From assembly GCF_028641065.1 (NCBI RefSeq), contig NC_073394.1, forward strand, positions 29,388,001 to 29,452,000: DNA of 64,000 nucleotides, given 5' to 3'. Each line of letters opens with the position of its first letter. The stretch's first letter is position 1. A program made the translations under genes and the position numbers. The notes beneath the pieces are model-generated. The model saw only the letters and a list, made by a program, of their open reading frames with translations. It did not search any database and was not told the origin of the DNA. This document shows positions 24,255-35,966 of the stretch, piece after piece. The stretch is from Leucoraja erinacea (Eukaryota).

Positions 24255-24475
24255 TCAGCTTTAGCTCAGTGGTAGTATTTTTAACGTGAGTTAAATGTTA
24301 GTGGGTTAAGTACCTGCCCTTGAGCCCTGAGTGTGCATTCTATTGCACTACTAATTGGTCTGCAACACTGACATAAGTGCTGTCTTTCAGATGAGAGATG
24401 ACTCTGGCTCCACTCTCTCCACAATGGGTGTGCATGATTTAAGGAAGAGCAAGGGAGTCTCCTCATGTCCTATAA
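24255..24475 (+). mobile_element. DeuSINE-like relic (SacSINE1/AmnSINE1 Deu-domain type); duplicated at about 25740-25960
   Basis: tRNA-like head TAGCTCAGTGGTAG; GTGCTGTCTTTCAGATGAGA and GAAGAGCAAGGGAGTCTCC motifs. Confidence 0.6.
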
Positions 24476-26117
24476 AACAGACCATTGATTTTGTTGAAAC
24501 ATGTTATGCATTTTAATAGTCTTACTATGCTTTTACATTTGATAAATTCTTTATAAACTGGCTTGGATTGTACGTCAAAAGCAAAATTAGCGGTGTATCT
24601 CACACACCTATGATTATCAATTTTAGTTACATTTTATCACAGTCTGCCCTCTCCTCATTCTCATCCACTTCACCTCCCAGTACTTTCCCACCGGTCCCTC
24701 CTTCTCCTCACCTGCCTGCCTGCCACTCCCCTCTCATCAGCCCAACTCTCCTCACCTGTTGCACTCAGTTGCCTCTGATCACCTATTAACCTCACTACTG
24801 ACATTACTTTAGACTTTAGAGAAACAGCCTAGGAACAGGCCCTTTGGCCCACCAAGTCCATGCCAACCAGTAATCACCCCGTACACTAGCACTTTCCTAC
24901 ACAATGGGGACAATTTCTAATTCTACCAATGCCAATTAACTTACAAACCTCTATGTCTTTGGAGTGTGGGAGGAAACCAAAGCTCCCAGAGAAAACCCAC
25001 ACGGTCAAGGGAGAATATACAAACTCCGTGCAAACAGCACCCATAGTCAGGATCAAACCTGGGTCTCTGGCGCTATAAGGCAACAATTCTACCACTAATT
25101 AGGGGTAGAAAGGCCTGTTCCTGTGCTCTACAGTTCTATGTTGTGTGGCTGATCTGATCTTGGTTTCAGCTCAATTTTCAGCAGGCAATTGTTTGCCAAT
25201 TCACCAGAAAAAAATCTATCTTGGTTTCAAGTGTATTTTCAGCTTCCACCATACTTTGAAAAATTCCAAAGATTTAGGATCCTCTTGGCAACACAATCTC
25301 TCCTCACCTGCATGAGACACGGGTGGAAAAGGCCAAAGAGATTACCTTCATCATCACCACAAACAACATAATTAGTGGCTTTGGCAGGTGCTGCCTTGAC
25401 CACTGTGATCGCTGTAAAAACCTGTGGCGAGATTCATATGATATTCTTGGGACATGGGGCAAGATTTTGGGAGGGGGCGAGAGGACACAACAGCTTCAGG
25501 GGCTTTGAGGAAGTTACGGGTGCAAAGTTCCAATCTTTGTTATCTGCTCCATTGTCACCTCCTTTTCATTTGCACCATTATTATCTTTGTTTATCAATGC
25601 CTCATCAAAGATCTGACTTTTTTGAGAAATTGGAATTGGCACTGACTACCATTTTACCTCTCACATCAGTGCAAACATGACGCGATAAACACAAGCAAAA
25701 TTCCCCTCCAGTATACATTATTGTTGAAGATGCTTGGCGTCAGCTTTAGCTCAGTGGTAGTATTTTAACGTGAGTTAAATGTTAGTGGGTTAAGTACCTG
25801 CCCTTGAGCCCTGAGTGTGCATTCTATTGCACTACTAATTGGTCTGCAACACTGACATAAGTGCTGTCTTTCAGATGAGAGATGACTCTGGCTCCACTCT
25901 CTCCACAATGGGTGTGCATGATTTAAGGAAGAGCAAGGGAGTCTCCTCATGTCCTATAAAACAGACCATTGATTTTGTTGAAACATGTTATGCATTTTAA
26001 TAGTCTTACTATGCTTTACATTTGATAAATTCTTTATAAACTGGCTTGGATTGTATGTCAAAAGCAAAATTAGCGGTGTATCTCACACACCTATGATTAT
26101 CAATTTTAGTTACATTT

Positions 26118-26767
26118 TATCACAGTCTGCCCTCTCCTCATTCTCATCCACTTCACCTCCCAGTACTTTCCCACCGGTCCCTCCTTCTCCTCACCTGCCT
26201 GCCTGCCACTCCCCTCTCATCAGCCCAACTCTCCTCACCTGTTGCACTCAGTTGCCTCTGATCACCTATTAACCCGGTGTATAGACTCTCCTCACCGTTC
26301 ACACAGTGCAAGATTGTTCTCTGCATTCATGCAAGACTCTCGAGCGATCTCCCGGCTGCCTACACAGATTCGATCCTGCCTGACCCTGACATTTCCGTCC
26401 TGTCGTCTTCCTGGATATCACCTCGGCCTTCTGTCCCCGACCACGGCCTTTGTCCCATACCTCCTGGTTTCTGTCTGCCTCTCTCCTGGGCTGTTTGGTG
26501 TACCCCTGCAACGGCTCCTCGACTTCCTGGCTTCGACTCTCCTTTCGTCTGTCCCTCGCTGGTTTGTTTGCATCGTGTGTTGGATCTCCTGGTTACGTCT
26601 CCTGCCTGCCCCTCTTCGGAACCCTCGCTCAATCCTGAGCCTCTGTGTGAGTACGGTGTACCCATTCCTGTGTTACTACTCTGTGTTACAGTATCGTAAT
26701 AAAGTTCATGACCAATTATACCTGCCTGATTCTGTGCTGCTATTGGGTCCAAGCTATACCTGTTACA
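26118..26767 (+). mobile_element. Solo LTR (Gypsy-like), 650 bp, 5-bp TSD
   Basis: TATCACA...TGTTACA termini (5' TG apparently mutated to TA); CATTT at 26113-26117 and 26768-26772; AATAAA near 26698; C/T-rich. Confidence 0.8.
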
Positions 26768-26772
26768 CATTT

Positions 26773-27083
26773 AGTTTAGCGATACAGCACGGAAACAAAC
26801 CCTTCGGCCCACGGAGTCTGCGCCGACCAGCGATCCCCACACATTAACACCATCCTACACACACCAGGGACAATTTACACTTATACCAAGCCAATCAACC
26901 TACAAGCCTGTACATCTTTGGAGTGTGGGAGGATACCGAAGATCTCGGAGAAACCCCACGCGGTCACTGCGAGAACGTATAAACTCCGTACAGACAGTAC
27001 CTGTAGTCGGGATTGAACCGGGATCTCTGGCACTGTAAGCGTTGTAAGGCAGCAACTCTACCGCTGCACCACCATGGCACCCC
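26773..27083 (-). mobile_element. Full-length HE1-like V-SINE
   Basis: Reverse A/B boxes, V-domain and (CTAAA)n tail. Confidence 0.9.
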
Positions 27084-27734
27084 TACATTTGAATGTAATT
27101 CTTTTTTGAAACAATGGTGTGGGGAGGTTAAAACTGCTCCATTGCCCAATTCACTCGCCCTTGGTCACTTCTCCACCACCTGATAGTGAACTTCCAGTCA
27201 CTTTTCTTTGGGTACAGGAATTGTCTCCTGATTTATTTGGCTTTGCCGCCTTATCAAAAACTATATTTACTGACATCTTAATCTTTTCTACTACCCGCTT
27301 GGCATTGTCTTATCCCTTCTCGTAAGGAACTCGCACAATATTTTTGCAGCGCAACATTTTAAGATTAAAAATGAATGTGAAGTATAACATTTCATTACTG
27401 ATTCTATTTTAATACAGTTGCTGCTCAATTTACTGGCAATGACTACAAAGTGACTATGTAACTAGGGCTACACTTATGCCAAGCAAGACAGCAGGAACTA
27501 AAGGTGTTTAAACTAAAGATCAACCATCAATGGGAGAAGCAACATGAATCAACTAAATCTCTATGGGGGCTAAGCTTTTTGGTTGCAACAGGGTGTATAT
27601 CCAGAGCAGGTTTATCTGGAAGCTCAGAAAGAGACTCAGACATTTTTTGCACATCACTGATTAAACAGAAAATTATGGAAACACTCAGCGGCTCAGGCAG
27701 CATCTGCGGAAAGAGAAATGGAGTTGCCTTTTCA

Positions 27735-27895
27735 GATGTGGGAGCCCTCAACGGCGTTACGGCGGCAGGCGCGGGCACACCGCGACGCCCTGTGTCTCCC
27801 TTTCAAGGGAGATGCTAAAAATGCATTTCGTTGTCTCTGTACTGTACACTGACAATGACAATAAATTGAATCATTTCATTTTCATTTTCATTTCA
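27735..27895 (+). mobile_element. 5'-truncated GC-rich retroelement with Rex1/Babar-like tail and (CATTT)n-type end
   Basis: CATTTCGTTGTC...GACAATGACAATAAA followed by TCATTTCATTTTCATTTTCA. Confidence 0.6.
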
Positions 27896-29149
27896 ACAGG
27901 TTTTGTGAAAGGGGAAAACAATTGGGCAGTGTTTAGTTTGTCAGACCTTTCTTGTGGTTACAAACAGAATTCTGGGGCATTTAAAAAAAATGAAAATAAA
28001 GAACTGCAGATGCTGAAAATCCGAAATAGAAACAGAAAGTGATGGTGATACCCAGCAGGAGGGAAGCATATGTGGAGAGTGAAAAATATTAAAGTTTCAG
28101 GTTGATGACTTTTCTTCTGAATTCCTGGATCAATTGCCAGTATGTGGGTTTTCCTTATTGCACAGTAATGCACCATGTTTATTTGCATTAATATTGGTGG
28201 CTAAGACATTTTATATCGTCCTGTACTTCAATAGCCACACCAAACAAAAAAGATCACTTTGACCTCTCGGATGTGAAATGTGAAAAATAAGGAAGGAACT
28301 TTTTAAAGAGAATAGGACAGTAGAAACAGTCTGTAACTCGGCACGAGAGTAATGAATATTGCAGCAAGTGTTTTGAGCAGAAAACCATGCCCATTTGTGG
28401 AGCATTAAAATAGTTATAGTTATGAAACTTACAGCAGTAAGGTGCCAGTGGAGTCATACAGAGAACGGATAGAGTAACAAGCAGTGGCAAAGGATTTATT
28501 TGCAGTATTGTGAACTGATCAAACAAAAGATTTAGGCCTTGGTAAAAGAGTTGGAACGGCAACTACTGTGATAAAGTGGCAACATCTTATCTGTTCACTT
28601 TGTTCCACATTCACAGTTTTTTAACTACATGGGTTCTGTACAATAAATATGATATCTACATGAAGACTGTGCCTCAACATGGAAGGGGAATACAAATTGT
28701 TCTCCTATATTACGACAGCAATTGCACTTCAGAAGTATTTTGTTTTCACTTTGGAATGAACCAGTCTCACGAAAGACACTACAAAAAAAACACATCTTTC
28801 TTCTCTTTTCGCAGAAAATACAGCTTGTCGTATGCTTTGCTGCCTTAGGGTTAGCAGTAAACATGCACAAAAAAGACTGACAATAGGCTATTGCAGCACA
28901 GTCCTGACAAACGTGGACATAATTCATAATGTTCCTTCAGTCAGAATAATGCTTCAGCTAGGCATTCTTTACATAAAAGAAACAAGCAACTAGATTCCAG
29001 ATAAATGTGGCAAATGTTGGATATGCGTCGTAGCTCCACAAACCTATGAAGACATCTTATGATCAGGAATCGTGTTTAGTTGTGTCCTCAACACTTCCTC
29101 TCACTATTTTTACTGATCTTGCCTTTGTCTTCACGCTCGTTGCCTCCAA

Positions 29150-29770
29150 CCAGGGGGTCCTTTCTTGTGACACGTTCCCATGCCAACTGCACCGGTTCCC
29201 TTCTCACTATCCAAATAGCCTTTCTAGGTGAAGCGCTGATTCACGGCACTTCTTCCTGCACTGCTCGCAGTGTAGACAATGTGGTCTTATCCACTTTGCA
29301 GAAAACCAAACGCAGATCTGCTTCGAGAGCACCTGTGTTCAGTGCCCAGGTGTGGGCCCTGAGTTTCCCAATTGCCTGCCAGTTTCATTCACCATCCTGC
29401 TCCCACTCTTACCCTAGATAGTCACAAAAAGCTGGAGTAACTCAGCGGGTCAGACAGCATCTCTGGAGAAAAGGATTAGGTGACCTTTTGGGTCGACTCC
29501 CAAAATATCACCTATTTGTTTTCTCCAGAGATGCCGCCTGATCTGCTGAGTTAATCCTGCTTTTATTGTCTATCTTCAGATTAAACCCCTCCCAGAGAAT
29601 TCCCCCAGCATCTTCAGTTCCTTCCTGCGCCCACTCTGACACTTCTGCCTGTGGATTCCTGCACTGTTGCACTGAATCAGAACATAAGCTTGAAGAGTAA
29701 CACCTAATTCCCCATTTGGGTATTTTGCAGTGTTCCAGATTCAGTAATAAATTCCCTAACTTTAATTAAC
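29150..29770 (+). mobile_element. Old Penelope GIY-YIG remnant containing a fold-back insertion (29413-29629) with TSD
   Basis: FPIACQFHSPSCSHS remnant; CCCACTCT(T/G)AC at 29402-29412 and 29630-29640. Confidence 0.7.
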
Positions 29771-30254
29771 TTCCTTTCTGTCAGTTTCAGAATCAGATAC
29801 TTCTGCCTGTTATCATTTTGGCTTTGTTTATCTTTTTCTATTTATTTATTCTGGCTTGCTGGGCATGCCCCATAGCCTGGTATTAGCAACCCATTACAGT
29901 CACATAGAAGCAAAATAACCTAAACGCTATTTCTACCGTTACATTAGCTCATTTGTTCTCACCCTCCCAGAGACATTCCCTTTGTTCAAGTCGCCCCTCT
30001 CCCACCTTCTCAGCTACTGAAAACACTCGTGTGCTCTCTTTCCAAATTCTGAAGAAGGGTTCTGCATCTAGAACATTAATTGTTTCCCTTTCGACAGGTG
30101 CCTGCTCGGAGTTACCAGCATTTTCCGTTTTATTTCAGAATTTTACCATCTGCAGTTTGAGAAAAACACCACCATCAGCTTCCTTATTGGCGATTACCCT
30201 TGCCATCTGCCATATGCTCTCACCCTAGCATTCCCTTCCCTGTCTGTTTACTGA

Positions 30255-30935
30255 AGGCTATGATCTGGATGAGGGAATTGAGGATATCTGCAGTCTTGGA
30301 TAGGGTGGATGGGTGACAAATGTTTCATGCATTTAGTCTATATCCAAAAATAGGAAAGCACTATGATCTAAAGGTGGCCGATTGGGAAAAGATGCAGCGA
30401 GAACCTGGGTGTCACACCATCCATTTTTCTCCACAGATGCTACCTGAGCCCACTGAGCTTTTACTCCAGCATTTCGTATATCCTCAGATAGGTTCTCTGC
30501 CGATAACACCTCAGTATGCGTACAGTTTTGGTCTCCAAATCTGAGGAAGGACATTGTTGCCATAGATAGATCCTCCGACATTTTTCTGCCATCTGGAACG
30601 GGATCCCACCATTGGCCTCATCTTCCCTAGATCAGGAAGATTCCTCCCCTTTTAGGGCTTCCAGGACCGTCAGAGCTTACCGTAAAGGGGGGAAACTCCG
30701 AGATGGTCATTTCGTCCCAGAGAGTGGTGAATCTCTGGAACCTCTGCCCAGAGAGTAGTTGAGGCCAGTTCATTGGCTATATTTAAGAGGGAGTTAGATG
30801 TGGCCCTTGTGGTAGGGGATCAGGGGGTATGGAGAAAGCAGGTACGGGACACTGAGTTGGTGATCAGCCATGATCTATTGAATGGCGGTGCCCTTGAGGG
30901 CCGAATCCACTGCTGCACCTAAACGTGTTTCTACC
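30255..30935 (+). mobile_element. Mosaic of short CR1 and Penelope fragments
   Basis: CR1 pieces GATCTGGATGAGGGAATTGA, CAGTTTTGGTCTCCAAATCTGAGG and 3' UTR are interleaved with PLE pieces. Confidence 0.7.
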
Positions 30936-30951
30936 CAAGCAGTTTTTTTTC

Positions 30952-31278
30952 CAGGTGAGGCGGAGGTTCACCTGCAACTCCTCCAACCTCATCTATGGCA
31001 TCCGCTGCTCTAGGTGTCAGCTGCTCTACATCGGTGAGACCAAACATTGGCTTGGCGATCACTTCACCCAACATCTCCACTCAGTTTGAACTAACTAACC
31101 TGATCTCCCGGTAGCCCAGCACAACTCCCCCTCCCATTCCGAATCTGACATTTCTGTCCTGGGCCTCCTCCATGGCCAGAGTGAGTCCCACCACAAATTG
31201 GAGGAGCAGCACCTCCTATTTCGCTTGGGCAGTTTACACCCCAGTGGTATGAACATTGACTTCTCTAATTTTGGGTAG
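30952..31278 (+). pseudogene. Penelope-like GIY-YIG endonuclease domain remnant (at least one in-frame stop)
   Basis: QVRRRFTCNSSNLIYGIRCSRCQLLYIGETKHWLGDHFTQHLHSV*...PDLPVAQH..SESDISVLGL..KLEEQHLLFRLGSLHPSGMNIDFSNFG*. Confidence 0.9.
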
Positions 31279-31374
31279 TCCTTGCTTTCTCCCTCCTTCC
31301 CCTCCCCTTCCCAGCTCTCCCACAGCCTACTGTCTCCCCTCTTCCTTTCTTTTTCCCGCCCCACCTTCACATCA

Positions 31375-31406
31375 GTCTGAAGAAGGGTCTCGACCCGAAA
31401 CGTCAC
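31375..31406 (+). ncRNA. Minimal type I hammerhead ribozyme motif in the Penelope 3' pLTR, core intact
   Basis: GT-CTGAAGA-A-GGGT(CTCG)ACCC-GAAA-CGTC|AC, about 100 nt downstream of the GIY-YIG stop; predicted cleavage after 31404. Confidence 0.8.
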
Positions 31407-32777
31407 CTATTCCTTCGCTCCATAGAGGCTGCCTCACCCGCTAAGTTTCTCCAGCATTTTTGTCTACCAGCATTTTGTGTCTATCTTCAGTGAAAACCAG
31501 CATCTGCAGTTCCTTTCTATTCTCCAATCCACCACCAGGTACCCTTGGTTCAACCATATTCTCATGTAAAAGATACAAGTTAATTATTCCATCCCTATCT
31601 TCCCACACCATTGTCCAAGTTTAAAAAAACTCTTTGAGCACGAATCAGCAATTTAATTCCAAACCTTGTACATTCGCAATGAAGCTTTCTCGAAGATGAA
31701 TGGTAACATAAATTGGATGATCACTTGTCTAAGCATCTTTTCTCACTTTCATTTGTTTCACTAATTCAATACACTCCCACGCTGACCTGTATATATATTA
31801 CCTGCTGATCAGTAGCACTCAAGCAGAGTACGTTCAGCATCCAATCTTCCTCTCAGACCACAGCCCTCCTGACAAAACACAGATTATTCCCAGATCACTG
31901 TTTTCCCTTCCTTTCTGTATATATTTCATTATCTATTTGTCTTCTTTAACTGCTCTGGAAATCCCCTCCATTCTTCCATTTATTCTGCTTTAATTCTCGC
32001 TCCATTTATTCTACTTTTCATCCTTCCATTCGATGCCTATTTCATTCCCCATTTGTCATTTTCAAATCCTCTCTCAGAGCTATTGGTATTTTCCAGGTTA
32101 TTTTTCTGGCATATGCAGCTTATCCAGAATAGGCCCTAATTACGTGTGAGCCTCAGAAAAATGGTTTTAACTTCATGTTTTAATTATGGTTTACAGTTGT
32201 TGAGATTTTGCTGCCATATTTTAATTTATGTTTTAGTTCAGAGGAATCTTGTTTTAATTTCAGTTTAAAAAAAATTTATATGCATCTATTTTAGACCATT
32301 CTTTCCATTTTACACATTCTCTGTGTTGGTTTTTCCTATGTCTGTCGTCTTATCTCTTTGTTTTAACATTATGAGGGAAGTTTGTGGGTTAGTAATGGTG
32401 ATTAGTAATTGTTGACAAATGAGGATGTCGGGGGCTATGGGGCGAAGGGAGGAGAATGAGGTTGAGAGGGAAAGATTGATCAGCCGTGATGGGTCAAATG
32501 GTCTAATCTTGCTCCAAGAACTTATAAACTTATGAAGCAGAGCAATTGCTCCTCTTGCATTGGTTTTTCTTTTTCTTTTTAATAAATTTTTATTAGAGAT
32601 ATCTGTATATCATAATCCAAAACAGTACAGACTTTGTTTAATTGTTACATATTAAATATCCAGGTTTCCAGGGTTTTTCTTAACATCCAAAATTCAGGAT
32701 CAGTTTCTTCCCAGCTGTTATTAAGCAATTGAACGGTCTTCCCATCACCTAGTGCGGTACTGGCCTCCCATCTACCT

Positions 32778-33278
32778 CAGACTGATTCCTGGGATGACCA
32801 GACTGATTCCTGGGATGTCAGGACTCTCATATGAAGAAAGATTGGGTAGACTCGGCTTGTACTCGCTAGAATTTAGGAGATTGAGGGGGGATCTTATAGA
32901 AACTTACAAAATTCTTAAGGGGTTGGACAGGCTAGATGCAAGAAGATTGTTCCCGATGTTGCGGAAGTCCAGGACTAGGGGTCACAGCTTAAGGATAGAG
33001 GGGAAATCCTTTAGGACCGAGATGAGAAAAACCTTTTTCACACAGAGAGTGGTGAATCTCTGGAACTCTCTGCCACAGAAGGTAGTTGAGGCCAGTTCAT
33101 CGGCTATATTTAAGAGGGAGTTAGATGTGGCCCTTGTGGCTAAAGGGATCAGGGGGTATGGAGAGAAATCAGGTACGGGATACTGAGTTGGATGATCAGC
33201 CATGATTATATTGAATGGCGGTGCAGGCTCGAAGGGCCGAATGGCCTACTCCTGCACCTATTTTCTATGTTTCTATGT
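32778..33278 (+). mobile_element. Young 5'-truncated CR1 LINE inserted in a Rex1/Babar 3' remnant
   Basis: Open C-terminal ORF (LYSLEFRRLRGDLIETYKIL...FFTQRVVNLWNSLP); (TTCTATGT)n tail; host element resumes at about 33281. Confidence 0.95.
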
Positions 33279-33599
33279 TACATTGGAGACTTTGAACTAT
33301 CTTTAATTGGACTTTATTGGACTTCAATGTTATATCTTGCATTGGATGTTATACCCTTTATTTTTCATCTGTATACTGTGGACAGCTTGATTGTATTCAC
33401 GTATAGTAATTTCTCTGACTTGATGGCGTGCAAACAAAAGCTATTCATTGTACCTCAATACACGTGACAATAATAAAGTTAACTGAACTAAATCATTAAC
33501 TTCACCGTTACTGTCAATTCAATTTGGTTCCATGACATAATTCCCTTAATACCATTCCACTTGCTTTTATCCACAAATGACTTAACAAACAACACAAAA

Positions 33600-33985
33600 C
33601 AGTACAGCACAGGAACAGGCCCTTCAGCCCACAATCTACATGCTGAACATGATGTCAAGATAAACTAATCTCCTCTGCCTGCATACTATCTCTTCATTCT
33701 CTGCAGATCCAAATGCCTATCCAAAAGCGTCTTAAACACCACTATTGTACCTGCCTTCACCTCCACCTCTGTCTGGCACCCACCACCCTTTGTGTAAAGA
33801 ACATTCTCCGCACATCTCCTTTAAACTTTGCACCACTCACCCTAAAGATAAGCTTTTTGGACTTTGACATTTTCATCCTGGGAAAATAGTTCTGATTGTC
33901 TACTCTGTCTTTTGCCTTTCATCATTTTAGGTACATCTGCCCCTCAGTCTCCGGCATTCCAGAGAAAACAATCCAGGTTTGACTT
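33600..33985 (-). mobile_element. Older CR1 3' remnant
   Basis: Reverse tail ACAGCACAGGAACAGGCCCTTCAGCCC and decayed C-terminus. Confidence 0.7.
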
Positions 33986-34926
33986 GGTTATACTTCAAAA
34001 TTTTTTAACAGAATGTGGTTGAATGTCATGCTTAGTGGTTAGTGGGATTAGCTTGGGCGACTAAGGCTCAGGAATATTTGACTTAAACATTCTGTGCATA
34101 TGTTTTCTTTAGGCCAGTGTTATTATTTGAAACGTGAACCTAAGATGGTGGTGTGTATTCTTTGATCACGATGATTTGAATGTTTAGGGCTATGTTTAGG
34201 GTAACTCTAACCCTCTATCTGCAGTATATCCTTTCTTAAACAGTATGGTACGGTCAGGTGGAAGTCTCACATTTCACTCCCTATGTTATATTTGTTCAAC
34301 GCCCCACAGTATCAAAGGCTATGGTAATAATCAAACCCAAAATCAGTCTCTTGTCCACTGCCACCACTACGCACATCAATTAAGTATCGATTACTAGCTA
34401 CTTCCAGGTCCAGCCTTGACAAGCACATTGACTGTGCTGTCCTGATCCTATTACTTGACCTGACTCCAGTGACATTAAACAAATGCTATCAATGTCAGAG
34501 ACAATCACAGCACAACAGCCCATCACAAGCAGTCCCAGACTGATGCCATTAATCCCAGACTGATGCCATCTTTCCACAAGTCAACTGTTGAACGTCCCAT
34601 TTGTTTTCCTTCTGTTTCTATTTTCTCCAACAATTATTATTTAATAATAACATGTCTCTTTTTATTAAAGATAGTTTAATTCCCAATCTGTCATTCAGCT
34701 GATACCCAAATACATTGCTGCTTTCAGCACGCATTGCTTAACAGCCATGATAAATAAAATGTCTTCTGAACCCAGGACACTCAGTCTCGAGGTCAGCCAT
34801 CTTGTTTGAGGAGACCAAATACATGGATGGAACATCAGGCCTTGGCTTCAAGAATGTTTTACAGCAGGAGAGAAAGGTTCCCCTGTACTTACCACACCAC
34901 TCATTGGATATCTCCTCTCATTGAAG

Positions 34927-35966
34927 CATAGAAACATAGAAACATAGAAATTAGGTGCAGGAGTAGGCCATTCGGCCCTTCGAGCCTGCACCGCCATTCA
35001 ATATGATCATGGCTGATCATCCAACTCAGTATCCCGTACCTGCCTTCTCTCCATACCCCCTGATCCCCTTAGCCACAAGGGCCACATCTAACTCCCTCTT
35101 AAATATAGCCAATGAACTGGCCTCAACTACCCTCTGTGGCAGAGAGTTCCAGAGATTCACCACTTTCTGCGTGAAAAAAGTTCTTCTCATCTCGGTTTTA
35201 AAGGATTTCCCCTTTATCCTTAAGCTGTGACCCCTTGTCCTGGAATTCCCTAACATCGGGAACAATCATCCTGCATCTAGCCTGTCCAACCCCTTAAGAA
35301 TTTTGTAAGTTTCTATAAGATCCCCTCTCAATCTTCTAAATTCTAGAGAGTATAAACCAAGTCTATCCAGTCTTTCTTCATAAGACAGTCCTGACATCCC
35401 AGGAATCAGTCTGGTGAACCGTTCTCTGCACTCCCTCTATGGCAATAATGTCCTTCCTCAGATTTGGAGACCAAAACTGTACGCAATACTCCAGGTGTGG
35501 TCTCACCAAAGACCCTGTACAACTGCAGTAGAACCTCTCTGCTCCTATACTCAAATCCTTTTGCAATGAAAGCCAACATACCATTCGCTTTCTTTACTGC
35601 CTGCTGCACCTGCATGCCTACCTTCAATGACTGGTGTACCATGACACCCAGGTCTCGCTGCATCTCCCCCTTTCCCAATCGGCCACCATTTAGATAATAG
35701 TCTGCCTTCCTGTTTTTGCCACCAAAATGGATAACCTCACATTTATCCACATTATACTGCATCTGCCAAACATTTGCCCACTCACCCAGCCTATCCAAGT
35801 CACCCTGCAGTCTCCTAGCATCCTCCTCACAGCTAACACTGCCCCCCAGCTTAGTGTCATCCGCAAACTTGGAGATATTGCCTTCAATTCCCTCATCCAG
35901 ATCATTAATATATATTGTAAATAGCTGGGGTCCCAGTACTGAGCCTTGGGGTACCCCACTAGTCAC
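34927..35966 (-). mobile_element. Young 5'-truncated CR1 LINE (RT C-terminal half)
   Basis: SGVPQGSVLGPQLFTIYINDLD..SKFADDTKLGG; (CATAGAAA)n tail on the plus strand. Confidence 0.97.

Larger units (their letters stand above)
23307..26274. repeat. Near-perfect tandem duplication: unit 1 at 23307-24791 (1485 bp), unit 2 at 24792-26274 (1483 bp)
   Basis: ORF sets repeat at offsets of 1485, 1484 and 1483; I found 2 substitutions and 2 single-T homopolymer indels. Confidence 0.97.

Noticed and set aside
26242-26847. 201-aa ORF
   Set aside because: Falls in the C/T-rich solo LTR; low-complexity translation without gag, pol or env motifs
28021-28045. GAAATAGAAACAGAAAGTGA as a triple ISRE
   Set aside because: Lies within a pLTR-derived repeat where such A-rich runs are normal
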